This document shows, piece after piece, positions 26,258 to 39,400 of a DNA stretch of 64,000 nucleotides. The number at the start of each line of letters is the position of its first letter. The first letter of the stretch is position 1. The stretch comes from Elsinoe ampelina (lineage: Eukaryota). The notes under the pieces are model-generated. The model saw nothing but the letters and a program-made list of their open reading frames with translations. It ran no database searches and had not been told where the DNA came from. The stretch covers positions 2,110,541 to 2,174,540 of the forward strand of contig ML992502.1 of the NCBI GenBank assembly GCA_010093995.1, in the 5' to 3' direction. Both the position numbers and the translations under genes were made by a program.

Positions 26258-26691
26258 TAGGGTGGTTAAGTAGGTAATTACTATACTCTAAAGAGTATAG
26301 TAATTACAATATAACTTTTCGTAAAATTTTCGTGTTTTTTGATATTTTAACGTGCATTAGTAAGCGTATTTTACTGATAAAGATATTTTGTCTATACTAT
26401 TAGAAATTTTGCATTTTTAAGTACTATTTTTGCTTATGTAATCTTAGATCCTGATTTTTAGTAGTGATTTCAAATTTCTTTCTTCTTCTAAAAATCAGGA
26501 TCTAGGATTACGTAAGCGAAAGTAGTACCAAAAAATGTAGATTTTTTTATAGTATAGAAAAAATACTTTAGATTATAAAAGAAGCTTACTAATACACGTA
26601 AAAACATCAAAAAACACGAAAATTTCACGAAAAGTTACATTGTAATTACTATACTCTAAAGAGTATAGTAATTACCCACTCGACCACCCTA
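26258..26691. mobile_element. Foldback MITE-like element (434 bp; ~200-bp inverted arms, ~28-bp spacer)
   Basis: TAGGGTGGTTAAGTAGGTAATTAC... at the left mirrors ...GTAATTACCCACTCGACCACCCTA at the right. Arms pair to ~26460/26489. Flanks GTCTTTAATT / GTCTTTATT look like an imperfect 9-10-bp TSD. Confidence 0.85.
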
Positions 26692-26879
26692 GTCTTTATT
26701 GTTTTAGGAGAAGAGCCGTAAGCGGTTAGAAAATCTATATAAAAGCTAGCTCGGCTACCGAAATAGATAGTGACCTACGTATAGCTATTAGCTATAAATT
26801 TAAAAGGTATATAATAGAATATATCTATTTTGTTATATAAAGTAGACAGTAAAGTAAGTATAGAGTAAGCGTCTAAGTT

Positions 26880-29800
26880 AAATCCAATTACTAAGGTAGT
26901 TAATGTAGTTATAATAGTAATAATAAGAGAGTTAAAGGAAGAATATAGAATTGCTAATAGCTTTATACTATAGTTCTCTACGCGTATAGAAAGGAGAAGC
27001 AGTAGCGATAGAAGCTAGGAGAGTAGTGTACTATAGATATACCACAGCTAGAGTGTAATTACGACCTAGCTTGCTCTATAGTTCTATCTAGATTTGAAGT
27101 AGATATAAAAGAGAATATAGAAAAGATAGACTATAACAATACGTAGTATTAGAAGATACTATATACTAGCTACGCTAAACCTTATAACATTTATTATATA
27201 TAGCAATATCTACTAGGCAGTATAAGCTCTATTACTACGGTATATAAGTACTAGTTAGAGTGTTAAGGTCGACTAGACAAAGAATAATATTTCTAGTCTA
27301 GGCAATTACTAGCTTAACTAGTATACTATCTATTATCTATAGCCTCTCCTCTCTACTATAGGTATACTAATCTATCGGCAGAGCATAGTATAGCTAGAGT
27401 AAGTATTCTATCCTACTTCTCCTAGCCCTTCGAGTTTACTATATTATATGCCTTCTAGTCTATATATATTTATTCTCCTATCTGCCTCTTTCTAGAAAGT
27501 GTAGGCCTATCTAGACGAAGGTTAAGTAGAAGTAAATAACAAAGTAGGCGTTAAGCTATTAAACTAGACAGCCTCGTAGTAATATAAATAAGAGTAAGTA
27601 AATAACTTTTATAAGTTTCTTTTATTAGGTATAACCTTTTACTTAATATTAGAGAATAGCAATAATAAGTAATAGTTTAGGTAATAATAGAGCCTTAATA
27701 GATAGTAGACAAACAATTAAGGCAGGATATAATTATAAATTAGCTAAGTCTAATTAACATTATACTTACTTTATAACTCTACCTTCGCTATAAATCCGTT
27801 TACTTTACCCTTATACTCTCTAGTAGCTATTATTGGCTATAGACATGCCGAGTAAGATTAAGCTACGTAGTACTCTCTTACTACTCTAAATAATTCTACT
27901 ACTTTCTCCTTAGCTTTAATAGTAGCTATAACAACTCTATTCTATCGAGATAATTAAAGACAACCTAGGCCTAGACGACCGAAAGTATAAGAAGATATAT
28001 AGCTTAATTAAGACTATTATATCTTAAAAGAGAATTATCGGAAAGACATTTAGATCTATATTAAACAAGGCATAGATTAAAAGGGAAATAATCTTATTAG
28101 TACTTAATATATGCCTTATAAAGATAAAGTTTCGTAGCACTACTAGTTATATAGAGATAGACAATAGGCAAGTAGTATTCTAAGCGCTTATATATAAGAT
28201 AAGCACGAACTTTCGACATAGATAGTAGTAATAGTACTATTATAGCAACTAGCACGACATCTCTTTCGTCCCCTACTATAGTAGAACTAGCGATATATTA
28301 AAGGCTGTCTCTTCTAAAGGCTTATATTCGCTACTAAGATCCCTCGAAGATTAACTTAATAAAATATTACTCGTGACATAGAAAGATAGAGAAATATACC
28401 TTGTCTACTCGCTATAAGATATTATAGAATATATATTATCTAGAATTAACACTAATAGCACCTTTAATCTAGACTAGCGAGTATTCTCCTTAATACTTTT
28501 AGATAACTATTTTTTCGATTGTTAGGAAGATAGATTAGGCTAGGAGAACAAGTAAACGCTCGAATTTGCCGTCATTAAGAATGCTATATAGCTTAAGGTA
28601 GTTATTCTATCGAAGTAGTTATATAACTAGCCTTTACTTATCTATATTAAAGCTAAGAGCGATAAACATTAAAAGCCGCTATAGACAAGGTATATTTATT
28701 AAAGACATAGAAGAGCGAGATAACTATATATATAACATTACTATAGCTAAACTAGATCGATTCTATCTAGTTTGCCTTTCTTAAACCTAGAATATCTTAA
28801 CCTACTAAGAGCTTGTTAACTTCTACACTATCTAGCTCTATATAGAAGCTATAGTTATAGCTACCTTCTACTCTTTGCTCCTATTACTATTATAGTCTAA
28901 GTTATATTTTAACTGCTCCTTTACGTCCTTAGCTACGCTCTTAAGAGAGTTAAAGGTGTAGTGTCTACTACTAATAGTATAGTCTATCTTGTTATTTAGA
29001 GCAATAAAGTCCTTTATACTAATACCTCTAGATCTAGAAACGTCGCTTAGGCTTCTATACTCTCGGTACTATATTCTTAGCTACTCTAAAATCATGCCGA
29101 GATTAGTTAGACCTTACTTCTTAAGGTACTCTTTAGTAGCTTTAAAATGTATCTTCTAGTGCTACTACTAGTAATCCTCCTATCTATTACTAGGACTTAC
29201 ATCCGGATAACGTTGTTTAGGACCTGCCCTTTATACTTGCTATAACTTAAGGTAAACTAAGATTACTAGGCGTTAAAGAAGCTATGTCTTATACCTCCCT
29301 TACTAACCCGGCTATCCCTCTTAAGGTTACTAACAATAGAGTTATTAAGATTATTAATGTACATCTACTCTATCTACTACTAAGTGTCTACTAATATAAT
29401 ATAATAGTAGTTCCGTTTAAGTGTACTAAGTAGCAAATTCTTACTACTATTAGTTACAATACTTGTGTCGTTTATTAGCTATAGAATAAACCTTTCTATG
29501 CTATTTATATTATTATACACTACATTACTAAAAAGACTAACGAGGCTTTTGTTAAAGTAGATAGTAAGGGGCTACCTTACGCTAAGGCAGATAAACATCT
29601 AGAGATTTTTTAGTATTTACTTTGGTATCTACTTTAGCTATCTAGTTCGTACACCTCCCTAGAAACTAGACAAACTAAACTAGGTCCCTAATACATATTA
29701 CTAAGCTAAACACCTAACTCTATATATAGTTTTCTTATATATCTATTAAATTCCTATACTTATAAAGGTTTAGTATAATAGGCTAGACTTTATAAATTAC

Positions 29801-30157
29801 TTATCTACCTCGATTTATATATATAAGGATAGACGTAGTTCCTAATAACGTTTAGTATATACCTCTTTCTAATTCTATAAGCCCTTATCTAGGTTAGCTA
29901 GGATATATCTTGCTTTTTCTAGACAAAGAGAAGAGTAACTAGGGTAGCTATCTCCCCTTTCTAGCCTCTAACCCCTCGCCTATATAGGATAGTACTAATA
30001 AGACAGGTTACTAATATAGGGATATAGCTCCTCCTAAGTTCTCTAGCGTTATCGAGGCTATTTAGGTACACGAGGAACTACTATAAAGCCTTATATAGAG
30101 GCTTATTAACTTAGAATAGCGCCTGTATATCGTAGTAGAGAGTAGCACTTATTACTC
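26880..30157. pseudogene. Several unidentified RIP-degenerate gene-like segments inside the Plavaka-like element
   Basis: Protein-like de-RIP readings with starts ATGCCGAGT (~27845) and ATGCCGAGA (~29094) on +, and a minus-strand segment cut by Gypsy A3. No family recognised. Confidence 0.35.
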
Positions 30158-30162
30158 CGAAG

Positions 30163-33100
30163 TGATATAAGATAGATACGAACTAGATTTAGTTAGGATC
30201 TAGTTTAGATTAGTTACGTAATCTCGGTATTATAGCCTAGGCTTCCGGCCGCTTTGCTCTCGATATTATATATGCTTTATATACTAGCTTTTCTTCTTCT
30301 TCTTCTAAGTCTTAATATCTTAACGAATAGACGTAATTAACCTCTTATCTTACTAGTTGTAATTACTATATCGAGACTTTATAACGACCGTAACTAAGCG
30401 ATAGAGCTATTAAATTATCTAGTTATTCTACTACTTATATAACTACTAATAACTATCACTTACGAAGAATTAAAGAATTAAAGAAGAAGCTATTATAACT
30501 ATAGTTCCCGCGTATACTATAATAGATCCTTACTACTACTATATAGGTTAATACCGCGAACCTCGAAGATATAAGAAAAAGATAATAAGTCGAGTTATAG
30601 ATAACTCTTAAAGGAAGTAAGCTACTAGCTAAAAATTTTAATATTCCCTTTATTACGTATTAACGTTTTACACTGTTTTATTTACAACTAACTACGCTAA
30701 GTATAGCTCGATCTAACTATAGCGACGAAGAGCGCTACTAAAGTAAGCTACCTTAACCTATTTCTAATAATAATAACGCTCCTATCTACTCTCTCTACTA
30801 TAATCTTTTTACCCTCTCTAACGCTATACTCCTTAAGAAGCTATAGGAAGAGCATAGTATATAGGCACTAAGAGACGTATTTAACTATATTAAGTCCTTC
30901 TATAATAAGTAGACTACGTAGGTAAAAGGCACTTATACTAACGCTCTCTACTATTACTATAAGTTAGATACTACTTAGGCCTAGCTCGGCAACCTCTAAT
31001 CCGAACTAGACGTATCTTAGTCCTATGCCGATAGTGTTACTACCTAAGCTACTCGCTACCTTGACAAAATCTAAGAGCTTAAGGCTAAGGTAAACTAACT
31101 AAAAAACGAGATAGGGCGTAGTATACTAGCCCTTTCTATACGCGGCTTTACCTTATTAGAAAAGATACTAGACCTTGCCGTCTTTAGCATAGGTACACTA
31201 GAGTAGTTCGAGGTCTTTAAGCACTAGATAAGGAACAAAATACGCGCTAATATAGATCGTTTCTCTATAAGAGATACCTAGTTTACCTATCTATACTTAC
31301 GTCTCTCTAGAGAAGCCTATACCCTTGTTATAGACTTAGCTAGTAATAACGTTATTAGCGTCGAAGAGGTCCTTACTCTCCTAGCCTAGCGCTTCGAGGA
31401 TTCTAACTATAGAGCTACTATACGTACTTAGTTCGCTAACCTCTTTTAGTATAATAGTACATTTAACTCCTTTATTAGCAAGTTTAATAAGTATGCCCTT
31501 TACGCTAAGATTGCTAAAGAGGAGTAGCTATACTAGATCTACTAGAAGATATTTAATAAGCTACGTAATACTCTAGTTAACTATAACACTAACAACCTTA
31601 CTACTTTTATTACTAAGGCCTACGCTACTAACTATAATATCCAATAGAATAACCTTATTACTAAGCGCACTTAGGCTTTACGTTCTATGCTAGCTATAAG
31701 CTACGCCGCTACTATACCTACTTATATATCTTATTCTACCTTTACGCCTATAGCTCCGCCTACCTTTCGCTCTATTACTAGAGGTACTCCGTAGCCTTTC
31801 TATCTAGCTCTAGTACTTACCTATTATATATGTGGTAAGCCTAGACATATCTCTACTAAGTGTATAGCTAGCGCCTTAGAGAAGGCTACTTACGCCGCTA
31901 TACGCCTTATACGTATTAGCGCTATAGAGGAGATATAGTAGCTTTAGGATTACTTAGCCGAATTAAGTAACTAGGTCGACACTAGTTCGGCCTACGAACT
32001 AGATCTAGTTTAGCCTTAGTTTAACCCCGAAATAGACTACGAGTCTACTAGCTACTCTAGCTAAAGAAACAAGTAGCTAGAGAACAAGTTCTATTCTCTA
32101 GCGGAATAAGAGTAATTCGAGATAGATCCGGAGGTATATAGTTACTAAATAGCGTCGTTAGCTACTACATCCCTGCTATTATAACTCCTATTACTATTTA
32201 CGACCCTTATAACTACTCTTATACTATTACACTTTAAGCCTTTATTAACACTAGCGCGCTTATTAGCGCTATAGTTAATTATAACGTTCTTAATAAGCTA
32301 AAGAGCTTCGGCTACCTCGTAGTACTAGCTAGCTCTATTTAGCTTTAAGCCTATAATAGTGTTTTAATAGAGCAAGTTATATATAGTATTCCCCTTACTA
32401 CTACTGTTTCTAGTAAGCTAAATAACCTTACTACCTTTCGTATTATAGATATTAGCTAATTCGATATTATTCTTGGCCTTAGCTAGCTTAAGGCTAATAG
32501 AGCCACTATCGACTATAAGTATATCTAAGTTACGTACAAAGAAGAGTTTTTACTAGTCGTTATTAAGTAGGAGCTGCTATAGCTAATTAAAAGGCTAGAA
32601 TCTAGATCTAAGCCTAGCTTAGATCTAGAAATCTAGCTCGGCAAAATCCCTGTTCTAGTTTAGAACTAGTTCGGTTCTAGTTTAGCTTACTAACTAAATT
32701 CTAGCTTAGCTACTAAGTTAGGACAAACTAGACTATATCGGCTACTAGCTCTTAGGTTAAACTTTAAGCTAAATTAGAGAGAGTTTAAGCTAATCTCCTA
32801 TAGCACTTAGTTAATACATAAGTTCTCCTATATACCTACTTACGTAAGTAATACTAAACAAGAAAAGCCGACTATCGCCTTTATTAGCGTAGCTGCCTTT
32901 ATATTAGTAGCTAAATACTAAAAGAATAAGGTGTTTATAATCTTAGTAAAGAATATTAAAGACTACTACTAGATAGCTTCTAAGCTAGAACTAGATTCTA
33001 TAGTAGTTCTCCTAGAGGAGTTATAGAAGTTTACTAACGTCTTCTCTAAAGAATAATCTAATACGCTCCCTTAGCATCGGCTAGATTTTAACAACTATAT

Positions 33101-36100
33101 TACACTTAAAGATAGCGCTAAGCTACTACGTATAGAGCCTTTACGCTACCTATCGCTAGAAGAACTTAATATAGTAGAACAATTTATCTAAGAATATCTT
33201 AATAAAGGCTTTATTATACTAAGTTCCGCTAGCTATTCCTTACCTATTCTCTTTATTTATAAGCTAGGTAGAGAACTCTATCTCTACGTTAACTACTATA
33301 GCCTTAATAAGGTAACTAAGCGAGATGTCTATCCTCTACCCCTTATTAAAGAAACACTTACGCGCGTAAGTAAGGCTAAATAGTTTAGTAAGATTAACAT
33401 CTATTAAGTCTTCTACTATCTCTATAACTCTATTAACAGTAAAGATCTTACTATGTTCTCTATATATATAGGTAACTTTAAGTAGCTAGTAATACTATTC
33501 GGCCTTACTAATACCTCTATAGTCTAGTAGAGGTTTATAAATTACAACTTTGTTAATATACTAGAGCGCTTTATATCGATCTACCTAGATAATATTCTTA
33601 TTTATATAAACGGCTTCTACTAAGAGCACGCTAAGTATATTAAGCTAGTACTCTAGAGGCTCTACGAATTAGGCCTAAACGCTAATATTAAGAAGAGTAA
33701 GTTCTACCTAACAGAGGTAAAGTATCTTAGTATTATTATTAGCTAAGATAGAGTTAAAATAGATCTAAAGAAGATAGAAGCTATATAAGCCTAGAAATAG
33801 CTAGCTTCTAGTAACACTACTTAGGTAAGAAGCTTTATTAGTTTCTATAGCTACTATCACTACTTTATTAAGGGATTTAGCACTATTACTAAGCTGTTAA
33901 ACGACCTACTTAAGAAGGATACTACGCTATAGAACGACAAATACACTGCTACTTTTAACTATATAAAGTACACTATTATAAGTGTGTCTATCCTTACGTA
34001 TTTCGATTGCTTAAAGTAGATAGTCCTCGAGACTAACGCTTCTAATACTACTACTACGGGAATTCTATTATAATATAATAAGTCTAATATTCTCTAGCCT
34101 ATTACCTTTTTTAGTAAGTCTATAAACAAAGCTAAGCGTAACTATGCTATCTACGACAAGGAGCTACTAGCTATTATCTAAGCCTTTAAAGAGTAGGCCT
34201 CTAAGCTTATAAGCACTTAATCTAATAAGGCTATTTACGTCCTTACTAACTACTAATCCTTAATACACTTTATAAAGACTTAGAAGCTATTACGCTACTA
34301 AGTATACTAGGCTCTCTACCTTACGTAGTTTAACTTTAAAATTATATATAGGCCTAGCGTAGCTAATAGCAAAGCCGACGCCCTTATAAGGAGAAATAGA
34401 GATATACTACGCTCGAAGGAGAACTCTAACTTACGCTAGACGCTATTACTATATAAAGTGCTCAATTAGTGTATTATTAACGAACTAAATCTAGGCTATA
34501 TCTAAACTAGATTTGTAACTTAAGCTAAACTAAGAACTAGTTCGTTATCTAGTTTACTACCTATACTACTATCTAGTTTAGCTTCCGAACTAGGACCTAG
34601 TTTAGGAACTAGTTCGCCGCCTATTTCGGCTTACGAGCTAAGCACCTATATAGCACCTATTTCGACCTTAGGAGAGTAAACTTTACTATTGTTTAACGAA
34701 GTAGCTAAAGCTAACTTATAAGACTCTAACTTTGAAATAGTTCGCGGCATCTACTATATAATAGGGGCCTTCCTAAAGAGGAAATAGCTACTATTAACTA
34801 ATGTTACAATCGAGAAGGAAATACTATAGGCCGATAGCTAATTAATCGTGCCTTTCTCTATAGCTATAAAAGTTATCTAAGAGGTTTACACATTAAAAGA
34901 CTATATGTATAAGGGAGCTACTAAGACGTCTACTATAATTAAAACTACCTTCTATATTTCTAGATATAATAGTAACATAAAGAGGTTTATCGCTAACTAC
35001 TATAACTATAAATAGTCAAAGGCTCGCTATAGTCTACTAGCTAGTCTCCTCTCTCTATTACCTATTCCGGTAAGACTATAGTAATATATTACTATAGACT
35101 TTGTTACTAGTCTGCCCTTAGTAGATAGTTACAACGTAGTGCTCTATGTCGTTAACTACCTATCTAAGAAACAGCACTTAATCCTATACTTCTCTAGAGA
35201 AGGTAGCACTTTAGCGTTTAAGACTGCTAAGCTATTATTCTTCTACTTGTAGAAACTATATAGTCTACTAGATAGTATCACCTCGGATTATAGCTCTTAG
35301 TTCGTTAGTAACGTATAAAAGAGGCTCTACTAAATCTTAAAGATTACTACTAAACTGTCTACTATAGGGCATCTATAAATAGACAGCTAATTAGAGGTTA
35401 TAAATTGTAAGTTTAAGCGAGTTATTCGTTCGTACGCTATACACTTTAGCAATTAGACACTTGTTCTACTAGTTATAGAATTCTCCGCTAATGTTAATCT
35501 ATTAGAGAGTACTAAGTTGTTACTATTTAAGGTTACTAGAGAGTATAAGCTAAGGCTAAGCTTCTAGCTCTCTTCTAACGCACCGTTAACAAGAGCTAAG
35601 CTAAATAAGGTCGACATCCGCGTACTTACTAAGCAACTAGAAGAGGCACTAGCTATTACTAAGGCTAACCTTGCTATTACGTAGTTACGGATAGTAAAAT
35701 AAGCTAATAAGCACCGCTAGCTAATAGAGTTCAAGGCTAGCGATTTAGTTTAGCTATCGACGAAGAACCTCTAGCTATAAGGCAATCTAAAGCTACTACT
35801 AAAGCATGTTAGTCCCTATAAGATCCTTAAGAAACAATTACTACTAGTATATAAGCTTAATTTACTAGCCTCTCTATAAAGGATTTACTTAGTGTTTTAC
35901 GCTAACCTACTTACTAAATACCCGAATAACCCCTTACTAGGCTAAGCCTTTAAAGAACTACCTCCGATAGAGGTCGATAGTAAAGAGAAGTATAAGGTAG
36001 ACGATATAATTAATATACACTTACTATAAGGAAAGCTAGTTACTTATATAAGCTAGAAAGGCTATCCGGAGAATCTTACCTAGTAGCTAATTAACAATCT

Positions 36101-36427
36101 TAAAGGAGTAGCTAATATGCTACGTAACTATCTAGACTCTTATATAGATAAGCTAAGACCGAAATAGATTAATAAATAATGTATAATAGCGTTTAAGGGC
36201 AAATACGCTTAAGAGAGAAAGTAGTAATATAAGATAGATACGAACTAGATTTAGTTAGGATCTAGTTTAGATTAGTTACGTAATCTTAGTATCGTAGCCT
36301 AGGCTTCCGGCTGCTCTACCCTTAATATTACGCGTGCTTTGTATATTAGCTTTTCTTCTTCTTCTTCTAAGTCTTAATATCTTAACGAATAGACATAATT
36401 AACCTCTTGTCTTACTAGTCGTAATTA
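30163..36427 (+). mobile_element. Gypsy family A, copy A3 (6265 bp, full length, RIP-mutated)
   Basis: LTRs 30163-30365 and 36225-36427. TSD CGAAG at 30158-30162 and 36428-36432. CGKPGHISTKC knuckle (~31831-31863), AFIDTGA protease (~32238), IYLDDIL RT (~33579), GHPQTDGQSE integrase (~35367), YEVDDI..WKGY..TW chromodomain (~35990-36085), PPT before the 3' LTR. Confidence 0.95.
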
Positions 36428-36432
36428 CGAAG

Positions 36433-39400
36433 AACAACTAGTATATTATAATAGAGTTCGCTAGCTGTATAATCTAACACCGCTAGTGCACTACTACTCT
36501 GTCTATACGTTAGAGAAGTATTTAGTATAGTACTAGGGAAGTAGAGGATAGGCTAGAGGTTAACTAAGAGTAGGTTAAGGAATAGTATAAGATTAAGCTC
36601 TATAAACTAGATATCTTACCTAGATCTAGTTCGGCTCTAGCGTCTAACGTCCTAGATAAGCTTATAAACGGGCTCCTATATAGTACTAAGTCCTAGAATC
36701 GAGTAGAAGAGTTAATATAGAAATAAGTATCTTATAATGTAGTATAGCCTTCTCCTATTTACTATAAAACGCACTATTATAGTCCGATACTATCTAAGCT
36801 ATTAGTTAATGTCGCTAAAGCCTATACTATTTTAAAGAAGTAAGGAGACAACTAGTAATTATAGTAGCATTAGTAATATAATTGCCCTTATGCTATTACG
36901 CTAAGACTTAATCTATTTCGTAAGGCAAAGTAAATACGACAAGCTAGTTAGACTAGAGAGAGAGCACGACAGCCTTATAGTATAAGATTAGCTAGACGTA
37001 ACTACTATCCCTATATATGGATTTAATAACTCTATTAATTAGAGAGTTACTAAAATTATTTATAGAATAAGCTATTATACTTTTGTCTACTATTAAACAC
37101 TGCTAATAACTATAAGTAATTATATATAACTATCTTAACTTACTAATGTGCGTATCCTACTAATCTAACTACTATAGCTAGATATTTAGTTATATCTAGC
37201 AAAAGACTAAGCAACGACGAAGAAGAAGATAAGAGCTTTTATAATTTAACCTTAATAGGTAGTTTATAATAGGGAGAAACGTAAGCTTATCGCTGTCTTT
37301 CGAAAGCCTATAGCTAATAGTATAAGAATAATAAGTACCTATAGCTACAAACGGCAACGACCTACTACCGATAGTAACATCGACTCTCGTCTTTAAACCG
37401 AAAGCCTCTATAATCTATAGGTAGAAGATTTAGGGGAGATAGATATTAACACTAAGTTTTAAATCTCTACTAGTATACGAGACCTTACTATTAACACTAT
37501 TGCTCTCTTAAATACAGTTACTATAACTAGAGTAATAAGGTATAAGAATATAAACCTAATAGTAGACGAAGAGTAGTACAAGTGTAGTATTATCTACTAC
37601 TAGTAATAGACTAGGACTTTATATATAGAGACTAACTCTAAGAAGAAATATCTATTAGTCCTTTCCTTAAAAGTTATAGAAAAAGTAAGTCTAGTTTATA
37701 CTAAGGTATAGTAGCTAAATAACGAAGTAGATTAGGAAAGCATTATACAAATATTATAATAGCACTATAGACCGTATTAGGAGAGCTATAGAAGTATAGC
37801 TAGGGAGTTAAATACGGAGCTTAACTAAGACAATAGAATAGGCAAAGGAGTAGCTAGAGAATAGTAGCTATAAATATAAGAACGAGAAAGTAGTAAGTAC
37901 ATTCTCTACTTACCTTAATACTAGGTTATTTAGTAGATTAGAATAGAAGATATTTAGGTAGCCTCCTCGTTACTGCCTTCGGTACTACTTACTATAGATA
38001 TTATAGTCTTATACTACCTCTAAGAACAAGGTAGTACTTTATCTCTCCTTCTGTTTTTCTTATTATATTACTCTTAGTAACTATCTATAATGTCTTATTT
38101 ATTATATCCTAGAGATTCTCCGGCTTAAATAAAGATCTCTAGCTAAGATATAATTGCTATAACTTTATTAATCTATATAAGCTCTTCTGCTAAATCGACT
38201 ATGTCTTTTGTTTATAATATAAAGGTCAAAGATTAAGGCTTATATAGAAGCTAGGTCGAAGAATAAGTAATCTAGCCGACAGTCGATATAACCTGTCTTA
38301 GAGGATAATTATCGAGAGTAATATTACCTTATACGCTAATATACTTAATAGACTAGAAGATAATAGCGAAGAAGATACTTCTATACCGTCTTAGACAGGG
38401 CTAAAGAGGGTAAAATACACAACTAACGGAATAGATAAGACAGGGCACGTATTAATAACCCTTTAATATAAGTAACAATATAGAAGGTATATATATCGAC
38501 TTATATAATAATAGTGCCTTATATAATATCTTAACCTACTTCGCTTCCTAGACAAGCTAGTTCGTATATCTACTTCTTATCTTAAAATGCTAAGTAGTAT
38601 AGGTAGTTCGTCTAGCATATAGATAGGCCTACCTATAACAATAAGCACCCCGTACTAATCTACTTCGCTACTAATTGATTCTAGTTTGTATTACTATCCT
38701 CCGACAATATAAGCGCTAAGTAATTATAGAATTACTATCTAATAAGAAGTATAGGGAGATAGGTTTAAGTAACCTTAGACTAGCTAGTAAGTTCTATACC
38801 GAGTTTATAGCCCCTAAACTACGCTTGCTTATTAGAATAGCCTTAGTTACAAGCACGGCTACTCCTATAGTAGCTATAGATAAAGAGTAAAGACAACGTA
38901 GAAGACATATAGACGGTGAATTAGAGGTAATCTGCCGTATAGTAATAAGTATAATATTAAGAAAGTTATAGACTACTATCTTAACTATAGTCTTAAAGCG
39001 ACTTAGCCCCGTAGATAATCGCGTGCTACTATAGTATAAGGTCGAGAGAGATAGAGGTAGAGGAGATTAGATAGTTAAATAGAGTAATAAGGTGTTTAAT
39101 AAGCTAGTCTTTAAGGAGCTAGTACGCCTATAACGCCTCGTAGGGAAGAGTAAGCTATTTATGTCTATAGAGCGTATTAGCGATAATATATACCGCTCCC
39201 TAATTAACAATTAATGCTCTATATTATCTATCTACGTCTAAGACTGTCTAATATAGAACAACCTCTACACTAAACGTGTTAAGTCTATAAAATACTAAGG
39301 CGAAGTAGATAATTAGCCTTACGAAGTAGGCAGCTACATATTACGCTAGTACTAGCTATAATATAGAATCTATATCGGCTTATAAAGTAGACCTATATTT
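36433..39400. pseudogene. Further unidentified RIP-degenerate gene-like segments of the Plavaka-like element
   Basis: Unique RIP-mutated sequence between A3 and the right TIR with protein-like de-RIP readings. No family recognised. Confidence 0.3.
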
